A model generated the notes under the pieces. It saw nothing but the letters and a program-made list of their open reading frames with translations, searched no databases and was not told where the DNA came from. Below, one piece after another: positions 1-10,143 of a stretch of DNA of 64,000 bases. The stretch lies in IMG/VR virus record IMGVR_UViG_3300023714_000001; one strand, 5' to 3'. Every line of letters starts with the position of its first letter. Position 1 is the stretch's first letter. This stretch comes from a virus. Taxonomy: Duplodnaviria; Caudoviricetes. The position numbers and the translations under genes were made by a program.

Positions 1-2
1 CA

Positions 3-2117
3 AAGTTTAATCGTGTATACGGTATCTCTAACGATTCCATTGTCTTGCAGGCAGAAAATGGAAAACGCTACCACTTTGCTACTTACTATTCTTCCAATAC
101 GGATAACTGGAAGTTAATGCGAGAAGTTACTCATTTTAATAGCTACGGCGATGTAATGGATATACTTTGGTTCGATTCGGTAAAAAGATACCTTGTTGTA
201 TGCCAAACTGGACAGGGAATGGTATATCTCGTTGCAGATGAAAATCTGAACGAAATGTATCGCGATATGGTTTTTGACTTTACTCAGTTTCACCATAGCG
301 GCAAACCAACTTGGACGTATCATTATAGCACGTATGGCAATACGGCTTCTGCAGCATATATACCAGACCAGAACCGGCTGGCAACCGTATTCCGAATGGA
401 TGCGAATGTCAGGGAAAACGGCTTTGTCATTTACAACTCGGATATGGCGCATCATCCATTGTATTGCAATACCATCAGTAATTTTACCCCAGACAAACTA
501 CTGACGAATCATTACTTCGCTACGGCGCAATGGGATACCCCATTAGCCACTTATTACGATGCGGCAAAGTGGGATTGGTGGGGCGATAATACGGTTAAGA
601 TGGCTACGGGATTAACCAGCCGTGGTACAGAATACTGCCAATATGACTCGCTGAATAAAATGTTTTATTACACGCATGGTGTTCGCGACTGGGCCGGCGT
701 ATATATCAAGCGTATCGCCGTTGAAAACCTAAGTTCAAGGGCTGGCACTCGTTTTTTGGATGATAACGCCGGACAAGGATGGAATTGGCAAACGCCAGAC
801 ACTTCTCCGTGGGCAAAGCAAACATATGCCCCTTCTGTAATGTATGACTCTATCGTTTTACGCGCGCAGTCCAACAAGTACGGCGGTGCGTGGAATAATA
901 TTATTATTGCGCCGGAGACGACATCCAATGCAAATATACTGGCTGTTACGGCAGGCTCGTGGGCTGTAGGTGGTGGAGATATAACAAACATTGACTGGGC
1001 TGCAGGGTATGGGCGCTATTCATGCACGAAGGAAAACTTCAATACTAAAGATGGCGTGTCATGGTATCAAATTCTGGAAGAGAATGGATACTACAATGTT
1101 TACCGTCTGGATTATAAAGCTCGTAAGGATCAGGTTGGCAATACTTACAACGACAATGTGTATCGTCCCGCAAGCCCTATAGCTAAATTTAAAAAGACTC
1201 TTAACTTTGTTGGAGGCATAACGTCATTTGGCTCTTGGGCTTTTAGAAGCGCATCTTTTGGCGGCGGCAATAAGCTCATCATCTTCGGGCGCATTTCAAG
1301 CAATTATAAATGTGTGAAGAATAGTGAAGGTAAGTACGTTCCGCAAGACGAGAACGCTATGCCGGCCTATTATATTATCTCGGAAGATGGAAGCTATTAC
1401 AAGGTAGATTTACCGCAAAACATGCGCGACTGGTATTTATCTGAAGCAAGTGACCGATGGCCATATATCCGAAATCCAGATTGGGTTAACCGTACACCTT
1501 TCTTGGATAGTGACGGTCTGACGCTCTATTATAATAGTCATGAGTTCTATCACGGTAATGGCGATTACTGTTTTGCTGGTTGGAGGGTGATTTTTTCTTC
1601 CGACCTTAAGACTGCTACACAAGTTGATTCCGTAGCTTCAGGTGATGGTACATGGTGTGGTATCGAAGTTCTTGGTTGGAATAAGCGCTTCGGTTATTAT
1701 CGTACCCGCACCAGAAACCGTACAGGCTCTTTAATCGATACCAGCGCTACAAGCCCGATTAATGTCATTAACCTTGGCGGTGACGTAAAAACATATACCA
1801 TCAATAATAGTGGCTCGGTAGGCCTTATCGCTTATATTCAGGCAACGCCTATTTATCTCGGCGGTTATTACAGTGTACTGCCTGCTACGGAAGTATATCT
1901 AAAAGCCAATAGCGATAATTACATTTACTTATCCAGAGATAAATTGGACTACCAGAAGATAAACGTAGAGAATTACGACCATTTGTTGGGGGCGCAGAAT
2001 AACGATATGGGCATTAACTTCTCCCGTATCCTTATCTCGAAGATAACTACGGATAATAAAGGCGCTACGAGCCAGGAGTATTTTAACATCGATTATTACG
2101 GAGCAAGCAAGTCATGA
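3..2117 (+). CDS. Large virion/tail-fibre-like protein, 5'-truncated by the window edge; paralog of 2114..4513
   Basis: Frame is open from position 3. Aromatic/Gly-rich composition. C-terminus IQATPIYLGGYYSVLPATEVYLKANSDNYIY matches LQDTPVFLGGYFSTVPAKEIPLKPNSANYIY of the next gene. Confidence 0.6.
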   Translation, partial: KFNRVYGISNDSIVLQAENGKRYHFATYYSSNTDNWKLMREVTHFNSYGDVMDILWFDSVKRYLVVCQTGQGMVYLVADENLNEMYRDMVFDFTQFHHSGKPTWTYHYSTYGNTASAAYIPDQNRLATVFRMDANVRENGFVIYNSDMAHHPLYCNTISNFTPDKLLTNHYFATAQWDTPLATYYDAAKWDWWGDNTVKMATGLTSRGTEYCQYDSLNKMFYYTHGVRDWAGVYIKRIAVENLSSRAGTRFLDDNAGQGWNWQTPDTSPWAKQTYAPSVMYDSIVLRAQSNKYGGAWNNIIIAPETTSNANILAVTAGSWAVGGGDITNIDWAAGYGRYSCTKENFNTKDGVSWYQILEENGYYNVYRLDYKARKDQVGNTYNDNVYRPASPIAKFKKTLNFVGGITSFGSWAFRSASFGGGNKLIIFGRISSNYKCVKNSEGKYVPQDENAMPAYYIISEDGSYYKVDLPQNMRDWYLSEASDRWPYIRNPDWVNRTPFLDSDGLTLYYNSHEFYHGNGDYCFAGWRVIFSSDLKTATQVDSVASGDGTWCGIEVLGWNKRFGYYRTRTRNRTGSLIDTSATSPINVINLGGDVKTYTINNSGSVGLIAYIQATPIYLGGYYSVLPATEVYLKANSDNYIYLSRDKLDYQKINVENYDHLLGAQNNDMGINFSRILISKITTDNKGATSQEYFNIDYYGASKS

Positions 2118-4513
2118 TGTCATTAGCGCAAACAATAAAGCATTTAAAAAATACGATAACGAATTACACTAACTTTATCAATAGCAAGTCTATCGAGAAC
2201 TTCGCTACAACTAAGATAGTCAATTATATTAACGGAACTGAAGGCGGTACAAAATCCATCCGTAATATGATTAAGGAAAGAACCTTTAAAAATTTGCCGC
2301 CTAAAATTGGTTACTTCAATGAAACCACCGTACCGTTAATTGCTAACTTTAATATGTCGATTAACGCGGATGCTCCTTGGGTAATATCGGACGACCAAGG
2401 ACGAGAGTTAATGTATTTCCCCGCAAAGGGGAGCCCTACGGAATCGGTTAAGGTGTTCAGAGCATACCGCATGAGCACAGGTTCAGGCTTCATCTATGAA
2501 AATGAACCGATAATTCCAGGATATCTTAAAGATAACGGGAAGTATCTGACCAATATATACGGGCTGGGTAATCGATATATGGTCGCTGTCACAACGGGCG
2601 GAAGGATTCATATTATCAATACTTTTGGAGAACCGGATACATGGACGTTAGAAGCGGATATTACCGATTTATACAACTCCGTTCCAGGCATTCGCCTGAG
2701 TGTTATCTACTTTAAGGAGTATGGCACGATTTATATTCCCGGCACTGTAGGAGATGGCCATAATATTGGGGGTCGATTATACAGGGTGTCTACTGGCGAG
2801 CTAATAAAGACAGATAAAATCTTTGATTTTGTGCAGGTAATTAAAGAGCAGAACTCAAACGTAAAAGAGCTGTATACTGACATAGGAAACGCTGCCGCGG
2901 TTTATAATGAAGCAACAAACGAAATGGCTTGGCTCGGACGTAGCTATATTCAATGGTACAACTCGGATAACTCGATAAGTGCAGCATATCATTCTATGTT
3001 AGTGCTGTGCGACTGCCCCAAAGAACATTTTCTGGATGGACGAGGGACGTTAGCTAACAAGATACCAAACAGTGAATATAAAATACAAGCACATAGAAAA
3101 GGATTGTGTCAGCGAGGAGACAGTGGAATAAGGCATGCTACGTACGATTCGATGGAAAAAGTAATTCGAACCGTTTACCGATATCAGAGTTCGGATTCGA
3201 TTGACTTGTTTACCAGAAGCGCCGTATCTTCAGTGAGTCACGCCTGTGATTACTTTTTAGGGGGACTTGTCACCTACAATATTCAAAGCTCGGATGCTGC
3301 GCCATGGGCTAAGCGAATGATGCAGCCGGTGGTTTATAATGACGACACGTATTTGTATGGCATAAGTAAGAAGTATGGTGGACAGCGTATCCATGTGGAT
3401 TTTGTAACAGATAGTAACGACTTGTGCAATATAACAGCGGGAACGTGGTGGCTGTCCGGGTCATACGGGGATTGTGGAGATTTATCCTTGCCCCTGGTCT
3501 CTTGTGTTAAAACAGGAAACTCGTCTAAGTTTTACTATACCGACGACAGCAACATTGTAAGAGAGATTCGTACGGAAAGTTTTTCTGCTGATGAGTATGC
3601 ACGAAATGGCAGAAGATACTTAGTTGACGCAAGTATCAAAGCACCGGGAATACCATCTGGTTATTTCATTAAATCGAGGATGTATAACCCTAAGTGGAAT
3701 AAATGGTTCTTTATATCCGAAAAGAGCGGGACAGCTTTGGTCGGCGATACTTTTCTGTTAGAATATGATATCGCTACTGGAGCATGGACTGAGCATTGGA
3801 ATGAGCGCCCGCAATCATGGCTGAATGCTGCGCAAGCATCTTTGGGCAGCCTGGGTAATCGTTCGGGATGCAGTGTATCGTCAAATGCATTCATTGATGA
3901 TGATGGCACTATGTATTTTAAAATATGTTTTAATTACATCGGTGGAGCAGGAGATGCGCACCTAATAAAATTAACTCGCAGCGGAACTAACTATACGATG
4001 ACGCCAGTTGGCGGCGCGGCAATGTCCGGTACATATGCTTCCGACCATCATATGTTTGGCTGGAATAACAAGTATCATTACTTCTTTGCATGGGGCGCGG
4101 TAACAGGAACTACGGAATCTCGAATTTATTCTACTAGGCATTGGGGAGTTTTGCCAGACAAGCCTAACGGCGCAAAGTCATTATTTGAAGATGGCGATTA
4201 CTATACCTGGCGTTTTGTATGTGCCAGTGCTACTGGGATGGTTTGTTATCTGCAGGATACACCGGTATTCTTAGGCGGCTACTTCTCTACGGTTCCTGCT
4301 AAGGAAATCCCTCTTAAGCCGAATTCTGCTAACTATATCTATTTTCATAGAAATAGTGATGATTACAAGGTAGTAGACGTAGAGGTAACACAGTCGCCGC
4401 GAAATGGTGTGGACGGTTTTAACCGTATCTACCTTACCAAGGTGGTAACGAATGCTGATGGGCCTGTATCGCAGGAATATAATCAGATAGATAATTATCA
4501 TAAGAAAAAGTAA
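2114..4513 (+). CDS. Large virion/tail-fibre-like protein (799 aa)
   Basis: Start overlaps the upstream stop. Shares the internal PWAK motif and the C-terminal domain with the upstream gene. Function inferred from context. Confidence 0.6.
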   Translation: MMSLAQTIKHLKNTITNYTNFINSKSIENFATTKIVNYINGTEGGTKSIRNMIKERTFKNLPPKIGYFNETTVPLIANFNMSINADAPWVISDDQGRELMYFPAKGSPTESVKVFRAYRMSTGSGFIYENEPIIPGYLKDNGKYLTNIYGLGNRYMVAVTTGGRIHIINTFGEPDTWTLEADITDLYNSVPGIRLSVIYFKEYGTIYIPGTVGDGHNIGGRLYRVSTGELIKTDKIFDFVQVIKEQNSNVKELYTDIGNAAAVYNEATNEMAWLGRSYIQWYNSDNSISAAYHSMLVLCDCPKEHFLDGRGTLANKIPNSEYKIQAHRKGLCQRGDSGIRHATYDSMEKVIRTVYRYQSSDSIDLFTRSAVSSVSHACDYFLGGLVTYNIQSSDAAPWAKRMMQPVVYNDDTYLYGISKKYGGQRIHVDFVTDSNDLCNITAGTWWLSGSYGDCGDLSLPLVSCVKTGNSSKFYYTDDSNIVREIRTESFSADEYARNGRRYLVDASIKAPGIPSGYFIKSRMYNPKWNKWFFISEKSGTALVGDTFLLEYDIATGAWTEHWNERPQSWLNAAQASLGSLGNRSGCSVSSNAFIDDDGTMYFKICFNYIGGAGDAHLIKLTRSGTNYTMTPVGGAAMSGTYASDHHMFGWNNKYHYFFAWGAVTGTTESRIYSTRHWGVLPDKPNGAKSLFEDGDYYTWRFVCASATGMVCYLQDTPVFLGGYFSTVPAKEIPLKPNSANYIYFHRNSDDYKVVDVEVTQSPRNGVDGFNRIYLTKVVTNADGPVSQEYNQIDNYHKKK

Positions 4514-4557
4514 AGCTTTGACATCTAGTCACCGATGTGACCAAATCTCAAACACAA

Positions 4558-4567
4558 AGGTAATATA
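4558..4567 (+). promoter_or_regulatory. Candidate phage late-promoter motif AGGTAATATA, copy 1
   Basis: The same motif precedes structural or lysis genes at 6060, 8472 and 11809. Confidence 0.5.
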
Positions 4568-4643
4568 CCACTTAGATGGGTACGACAAAATGGGCGGTCG
4601 TTTTGGCCGCCATTGTTATGTCTGAAGAAAGGAAAAGGTAATT

Positions 4644-5314
4644 ATGGATACTAAAACCTACAACGTAAACCTTAAAGCTAAGAAAACTTCCTGGGGGGGC
4701 TTGCTCTTAACTTAAGTAAAAACGGAAAAATATTGGGCGGAATCAATAAACCTATGAATAGCGAAATGGCTTTGATACTGACTAATGAAAAACATTTAAT
4801 GGATCAATTCTACTATCCGTACGAAAATTTGGAATATATTCCAGATGAATTTATCCTTGCGCCAGATTTAACTACTTGTCAAGAAATGTTTGCATACGGA
4901 GCAAAATTAAAATCAATCAATTTATCTTTATTTGACACGTCTAACATGACAAGTTTATATTGGATGTTTGCATGGTGTGAATCTCTATTAGAAGTAGATG
5001 TGAGTAGCTTTAACACAAGCAAGGTAACACATTTCGGCGGAGTTTTTATGAATTGTCACGCCTTAAAATCGTTAGACCTAACCAGTTGGGATACATCAAA
5101 TGGAAAAATTTTTAGTAATATGTTTAGTCAATGCTACGAGTTAGAAGAGATTAAAGGAGTCATAGATATAACCAAAGCAGGCGCTGGTTTTAGCGGAATG
5201 TTTGGAAACTGCGATAAGTTAAAACAGATTAAAATAAAAGCTACGCCAGACCAGCAACGATATTTCCGTAGCACAGCTGAGCTTAACTCCAATGCTGAAG
5301 TTATCTTTGTGTAA
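4644..5314 (+). CDS. BspA/DUF285 leucine-rich-repeat protein, frameshifted at a G7 tract (4693-4699)
   Basis: RBS plus ATG at 4644 gives MDTKTYNVNLKAKKTS, homologous to the paralog N-termini, but stops at 4715. One extra G joins it to ORF 4733..5314, which has DTSNMTSLYWMF-type repeats (223 aa product). Confidence 0.75.
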
Positions 5315-5339
5315 CCTTTACACTTAAAGAAAGGATAGA

Positions 5340-6023
5340 TTGAATACTATGGACAATAAGACCTATGAAGTAAAATTAAAAGCTCTCAAAACCAATCCTG
5401 AAATTAATTGCCAGTTAAACGCTATGAGAGGAAAAAAGAAAGTAAGCGTCTTAAACAAGAAGATGGAAACAGATTTGGAGAGTATTTTCTTAACGGACGC
5501 TAATCATATCGTTGCCAAAATACTTACAGGTAAAAGTTCGTATACAGGTACAGCATTTGATGTTAGATTTCGTTCCACTTCTAACTTAACTAATTTAAGT
5601 TGTGCATTTAAAGCATGTACGCAGGTTGAACAAATTGATGTAAGTGGAATAGATGTTTCAAATGTCAAAACGTTGGAATATACATTCGGTTATTGCCGTA
5701 AGTTAAAATCTATCGATTTATCTAATTGGAATACGTCTGCGGTAACTAATTTTCATTGTATGTTTTCTGATTGTAGAGTTCTTGAACGAATTGATGGGAT
5801 AATCGATATGGCATCTATGCCCCGCGCAATTGATAACGCCACTATTGACCAGTTTGAAGGTGCATTTCATACGGCTGGCAGTAACCTTCGCGGTGTAAAA
5901 CTAAAAAATGTCCCGGATAACTTCATGAATAATGTTACCATTCGTCGAGGAAGTTTGACTACACAACCTGGATACAAGTGGTGTGGTTTTACCTCCCCTG
6001 ACCAGTTCGAAATAGTTTCCTGA
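5340..6023 (+). CDS. BspA/DUF285 leucine-rich-repeat protein (intact paralog)
   Basis: IDLSNWNTSAVTNFHCMF repeats and the N-terminal KTYEVKLKALKT motif. Confidence 0.8.
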   Translation: MNTMDNKTYEVKLKALKTNPEINCQLNAMRGKKKVSVLNKKMETDLESIFLTDANHIVAKILTGKSSYTGTAFDVRFRSTSNLTNLSCAFKACTQVEQIDVSGIDVSNVKTLEYTFGYCRKLKSIDLSNWNTSAVTNFHCMFSDCRVLERIDGIIDMASMPRAIDNATIDQFEGAFHTAGSNLRGVKLKNVPDNFMNNVTIRRGSLTTQPGYKWCGFTSPDQFEIVS

Positions 6024-6052
6024 GTTCTACAGTCCGATGTAGCTGAACTTCG

Positions 6053-6082
6053 TATCCACAGGTAATATACCCCATGTAAGGG
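6053..6082 (+). promoter_or_regulatory. Candidate late promoter in a 30-bp block identical to 8465..8494
   Basis: TATCCACAGGTAATATACCCCATGTAAGGG occurs exactly twice, each time upstream of a paralogous MSLTNL gene. Confidence 0.6.
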
Positions 6083-6154
6083 AATGCGAGGCGGCAATGT
6101 TCTTGTCGCCCGCGTTAATCCTTACGCGTAAACATCTATATTATATAAGGAGAA

Positions 6155-7153
6155 ATGTACATGTCTCTTACAAACCTCTCTCAGATTAAAGGTCTGAAAA
6201 ATCTTCGCAGCGATGTAGACTTGCTCTTAAAGTCCTATGATGCTGCAAAAGTTGTAACTCAAATCGCTAAAGCAGAGGGCGAAGGCAACTACAATGTCGA
6301 GGAACTGCTCGAAGCATTGAAGTCCAAACTGGACGCTATCGCCGGCACCGAAGGTGAAGGCCAGTCTCTCGACGCATTAAAAAAGGCCATTGACGACCTG
6401 AAGAATAAGCCTATCAAAGCTTATACAGGTAACACCGAAGAACCGGTAAAAGAATACAAGCTTTTCGAACTGCCGGAAGATGCTCTCCTTAAGAGCGACG
6501 AGCTGGATATCACGACTTATCAGAACGCCTTGGATGCGCTGGTAACTAAGCTGGCCGCCAATAAAGACCTTATCAATGCGGTTAAGGAACTGGTCGGCGA
6601 GCAGAGCGCTCAGGAACAGATTGCTGCCGCCATTAAGGCTATGGAAGATGCCTTGGCTCTCAAGGCTGAACAGGCCGACGTAGATAAGACTAGCGCCGCC
6701 GCTCAGGTACTTGATACTAAGGTTAAGGCTCTCGAAGAAGGTACTATGGCTGAAGTTCAGGACGTAGTAACTTTGGGCGACCTTCAAGTAGCTCTCCCGA
6801 TGACTAAGGAAGCTAATGACCGTCTGGTTCGCGTTTACGTTAACGGCGCCGTTTACTACGAAGGTGACGATTTTACCGTTAACCGTCAGAAAAAGGAAGT
6901 TAATTGGACGTTGACTGACTTCGAACTGACCAAGGCTATTGCCGCCAAGGTAACGGTTAAGTATTATGCTCCGTTGGGCTTGGGCGAAGAACCGTTCGAT
7001 CCGTCCATGATTCAGCTTGATGACTCCAAGATCGTTCTGACCCGTGAAGAACCGGAGAAGTCCTTCAATGTTACCATCCCGGCCGACTGCACGCTGGAAG
7101 TAGTTCCGAGCGATCCGGAAGCCGTAGAGGTAACGGTAACGGAAGTTCAGTAA
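6155..7153 (+). CDS. Putative virion structural (fibre/decoration) protein; paralog of 8566..10068
   Basis: Shared N-terminus MSLTNLxQIKG...LLKSYDAAKV, coiled coil, VYVNGAVYYEGDDF domain, strong codon bias. Confidence 0.6.
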   Translation: MYMSLTNLSQIKGLKNLRSDVDLLLKSYDAAKVVTQIAKAEGEGNYNVEELLEALKSKLDAIAGTEGEGQSLDALKKAIDDLKNKPIKAYTGNTEEPVKEYKLFELPEDALLKSDELDITTYQNALDALVTKLAANKDLINAVKELVGEQSAQEQIAAAIKAMEDALALKAEQADVDKTSAAAQVLDTKVKALEEGTMAEVQDVVTLGDLQVALPMTKEANDRLVRVYVNGAVYYEGDDFTVNRQKKEVNWTLTDFELTKAIAAKVTVKYYAPLGLGEEPFDPSMIQLDDSKIVLTREEPEKSFNVTIPADCTLEVVPSDPEAVEVTVTEVQ

Positions 7154-7246
7154 TTTCACCTCTAATGAATTAAATAGTAATATCACATAGCGGAGTTAAA
7201 CAATAATCTACTCCGTTTATGATTTATAAATAAAAGGATGATTTTA

Positions 7247-8019
7247 ATGAGTAAAAACTCAAGACTTACAATGTGGAAGTTAAGGCTTTAAAAACGGCTC
7301 CGGAAGTAAATTTACGTCTGGATTTTTTAAAGAAGGGCGAAAAGATTTACGAGTTAGTAAAATTACTGGAAAACAATTTGCGAATAAAGCTGACTGACAG
7401 TAATTATAGAATGTCTCAGCTGTTTATAGAAGATTATCGAACGCGTACTTCTTTCCCGCTGGGTGACTGTGTCACTGATTGCCTTACTACTATGAAAATG
7501 ATGTTCCATAATTGTTACAACCTAACTTCTCTCGATGTATCTAAATTCAATACCAGTAATGTTACTAATATGAACAATATGTTCTATAGTTGTGTAAGTT
7601 TAACTTCCCTTGATTTATCTAAATTCAATACTGGTAAAGTTACTGATATGAGTCACATGTTTAGTAGTTGTACCAACATAGCTTCTCTCGATGTATCTAA
7701 CTTTGATACTAGTAATGTTAAGAATATGTGGGGCATGTTCAGTGGTTGTTACAACCTAACTTCTCTCGATATATCTAACTTTGATACCAATAAAGTAGTA
7801 TACATGCAAAGCGTGTTCAGCTATTGCCAAAACTTAACCGAAATTAAAGGTGTCATCGATATGAAATCTTGTAAGTATGTTTCTGATATGTTCAAGAATT
7901 GCAGCGAACTTTCTGGGGTTAAGATTAAAAATCCTCCTGAAGGGTTTACTAATCATGATGTCAATACCGGCCTCAATAGTGCAGGCCTTCGTGCTGATCA
8001 GTACATAATCGTAGAGTAA
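7247..8019 (+). CDS. BspA/DUF285 leucine-rich-repeat protein, frameshifted at an A5 tract (7253-7257)
   Basis: ATG 7247 follows an AAGGA RBS. One extra A gives MSKKLKTYNVEVKALKT in frame with ORF 7273..8019, which has LTSLDVSKFNTSNVTNM repeats. Confidence 0.7.
7505..7830 (+). repeat. About four tandem 78-bp (26-aa) DUF285 repeats
   Basis: Recurring AACTTCTCTCGATGTATCTAA...TAATGTTACTAATATG-like units at 78-bp spacing. Confidence 0.8.
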
Positions 8020-8120
8020 AAAATAAAAAGATGCTAAATGCCCGCGATGGTGATATAATAGAATCTGCCGCGAACCTCTAACCAAGGTTTAAATCCTGGC
8101 CCGGGAGGGAGGGGAAATCG

Positions 8121-8213
8121 ATGGCAGATATAGCTATTTCTCTCATCGTGGGCGTCATTAGTAGTTTAATCGCTGCGTGGCTCTACGATATGTACCTGAG
8201 ACGCGGCAAATAG
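8121..8213 (+). CDS. Small hydrophobic peptide, Fst-like type I toxin (30 aa)
   Basis: MADIAISLIVGVISSLIAAWLYDMYLRRGK has one TM helix, a Trp and a basic tail. Strong RBS GGGAGGGAGGGG, upstream TGnTATAAT, terminator at 8262-8293. Confidence 0.75.
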   Translation: MADIAISLIVGVISSLIAAWLYDMYLRRGK

Positions 8214-8261
8214 TACCTCGCCGGTAAAGTACGTAGCCTAACCAACTATGCTCCTGCCGGC

Positions 8262-8293
8262 AGCCCCCGACATCACTGTCGGGGGCTATTTTT
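8262..8293 (+). terminator. Rho-independent terminator of the toxin mRNA
   Basis: AGCCCCCGACA-tcac-TGTCGGGGGCT followed by a T run. Confidence 0.75.
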
Positions 8294-8297
8294 ATAC

Positions 8298-8377
8298 AAA
8301 AAAAGAAGAGCCTTCGGGAACCAACCGCCTGACTCTTCTCCGGGTAGTCGATGACTACAGCCATTTCTCTCTTTCTG
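8298..8377 (-). ncRNA. Putative antitoxin sRNA
   Basis: Own promoter (TTGCTA 8412-8407, TGnTATAAT 8391-8383) and terminator. 5' part is complementary to the toxin start region. Confidence 0.6.
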
Positions 8378-8464
8378 CCATCATTATAACACATACTACG
8401 GGAAAATAGCAAGGATATACTTAAATTAGTTTTGGTGATTTGCAATAATTAGGTCTAAGCTCCC

Positions 8465-8494
8465 TATCCACAGGTAATATACCCCATGTAAGGG
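8465..8494 (+). promoter_or_regulatory. Candidate late promoter, duplicate of 6053..6082
   Basis: Identical 30-mer. Confidence 0.6.
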
Positions 8495-8565
8495 CGTGTG
8501 AGGCGACGATACTTTTCGCCGCCATATCGCTAACTTTCTATATTCTATAAAGGAGAAATGCTCTA

Positions 8566-10068
8566 ATGTCTCTTACAAACCTTGCACAAATTAAGGGTGG
8601 TCTTAAGCTTCAGCAGGATGTAGCTGCTCTTCTGAAGTCTTATGACGCCGCAAAGGTTCTTACTCAGATTGCCAAGAAGGTAGCTGAAGGTGAAGAAGCA
8701 GCCAACTATAATGTTGAAGAGCTGCTGGCTGAACTGAAAGCCAAGGTTGACTCCATCTCTGGCGCTGGCGAAGCTGTATCTCTTGATGACTTGAATGCCG
8801 CCATTAAGGCACTGGCTGACAAGAAGATTAAGGATATGGTTCGCGTTGAGCTGCCCATTGCTTCTGGTGTAGCGACCGTTCCCGCAGACTTCGACACGCT
8901 GGTTCCGGCTTGCGACAAGACGAAGGTTTTGCCGGTTTACTCTGCTGACAACGAAGTTGTCTTCAATGAGAACGGCGAACAGCTGACCATTAACCTGTCC
9001 ACGGGCGCTCTGAATGGTGTACCGTCTGAAGTAGACGCGGAAGCTTCTGCTGCTGATGCAGATGGTAAGACCATCTATAAGGCAAAGGCTGACTTCACGG
9101 GTAAGATTTTCCCTGCGGGCGAATGGAAGCTGGCCGACCTGCCGACCGAAGCTCTTCTCGACAACAACGAGATGCAGCTCGTTGCTTACAAGACGGCTCT
9201 TGATAAGCTGGTAGTTGACCTGACCCGCGATGAAGACCTCATCAATCAGGTAAAGGAACTGGTAGGCGAAAAGGCTGTTAAGGATCAGCTCGACGCTGCT
9301 CTGGAGGCCGTTAACGAAGCTATCGCCGGCAAGGCTGAAAAGGCCGCTCTGGACGAAGTAGACGAAACGGTTAAGGCTATCGACGAACGCGTTAAGGCCA
9401 TCGAAGATGTACAGGAAGAGATGGTTTCCGATAAGGTTACCGTTTCCGGCCCAGTTACCGAATTCGCCCTGTCCAAGAAGCCGAACGCTAAGCTGGTCGA
9501 AATGGTTATCAACCACCTCGTATACCGCGAAGGCGAAGACTTTACGGTTGACCGCGAAGCTCAGAAGGCAGTCTGGACGCTGACGGCCGCTAATGATGGC
9601 TTCGATATCGATGCTGACCTGACGGACGCTGTTCGTATTAACTATTTTTTTAAGGCCGCCGGTGAGGCCGTAACACCTGCACCGGCTCCTGCGGAAAACC
9701 CGACGGATACTCCTGCTGGCGAAGGCTGGGAGGCAGTTGTAAACGTTCCTAAGGCTGCAACGACCCTCGACCTCCAGAAGGTTTTGACGGCTGAACAGCT
9801 CGCGGATATTACTGACGAAAACGCTGCCGGCCCGGAATCTGATGGCGTAGGTCGTAAGATTCGTTGCTATGTAAACGGCGTAGAACTCAAGTGGGACTAC
9901 GAAAACACTGGCGATGAAGAAGTAGAGGCTGCCCTCGTAGCTTCTGGCCTGACCAAGGGTAAGGAATTCGTATTCGGTACTTACGAACTGGATAGCTCGA
10001 AGATCCTGAACTTCAGCTGCGGCTGGAGCGAAACCGGCTGCGACGTAAAAATCGTTTACCAGCCGTAA
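8566..10068 (+). CDS. Putative virion structural (fibre/decoration) protein (500 aa)
   Basis: Paralog of 6155 with an extra internal domain. FALSKKP...VINHLVYREGEDF domain, Pro/Ala linker, distinct C-terminal domain. Confidence 0.6.
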   Translation: MSLTNLAQIKGGLKLQQDVAALLKSYDAAKVLTQIAKKVAEGEEAANYNVEELLAELKAKVDSISGAGEAVSLDDLNAAIKALADKKIKDMVRVELPIASGVATVPADFDTLVPACDKTKVLPVYSADNEVVFNENGEQLTINLSTGALNGVPSEVDAEASAADADGKTIYKAKADFTGKIFPAGEWKLADLPTEALLDNNEMQLVAYKTALDKLVVDLTRDEDLINQVKELVGEKAVKDQLDAALEAVNEAIAGKAEKAALDEVDETVKAIDERVKAIEDVQEEMVSDKVTVSGPVTEFALSKKPNAKLVEMVINHLVYREGEDFTVDREAQKAVWTLTAANDGFDIDADLTDAVRINYFFKAAGEAVTPAPAPAENPTDTPAGEGWEAVVNVPKAATTLDLQKVLTAEQLADITDENAAGPESDGVGRKIRCYVNGVELKWDYENTGDEEVEAALVASGLTKGKEFVFGTYELDSSKILNFSCGWSETGCDVKIVYQP

Positions 10069-10143
10069 AACTAAATGCAGGTTAATAGAGTGCCCTGCCA
10101 TGGGGCGCTCTATTTTATCTTCTTTTTTAGTAAAGGAGTAAAA

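Noticed and set aside
7505-7830. CRISPR array or DGR template/variable repeats
   Set aside because: These are in-frame 78-bp coding repeats with no spacers, no adenine-specific variation and no reverse transcriptase in the window.
6377-10101. Long antisense ORFs 6377..7186 and 8563..10101
   Set aside because: They shadow codon-biased + strand genes, lack an RBS and have implausible composition.
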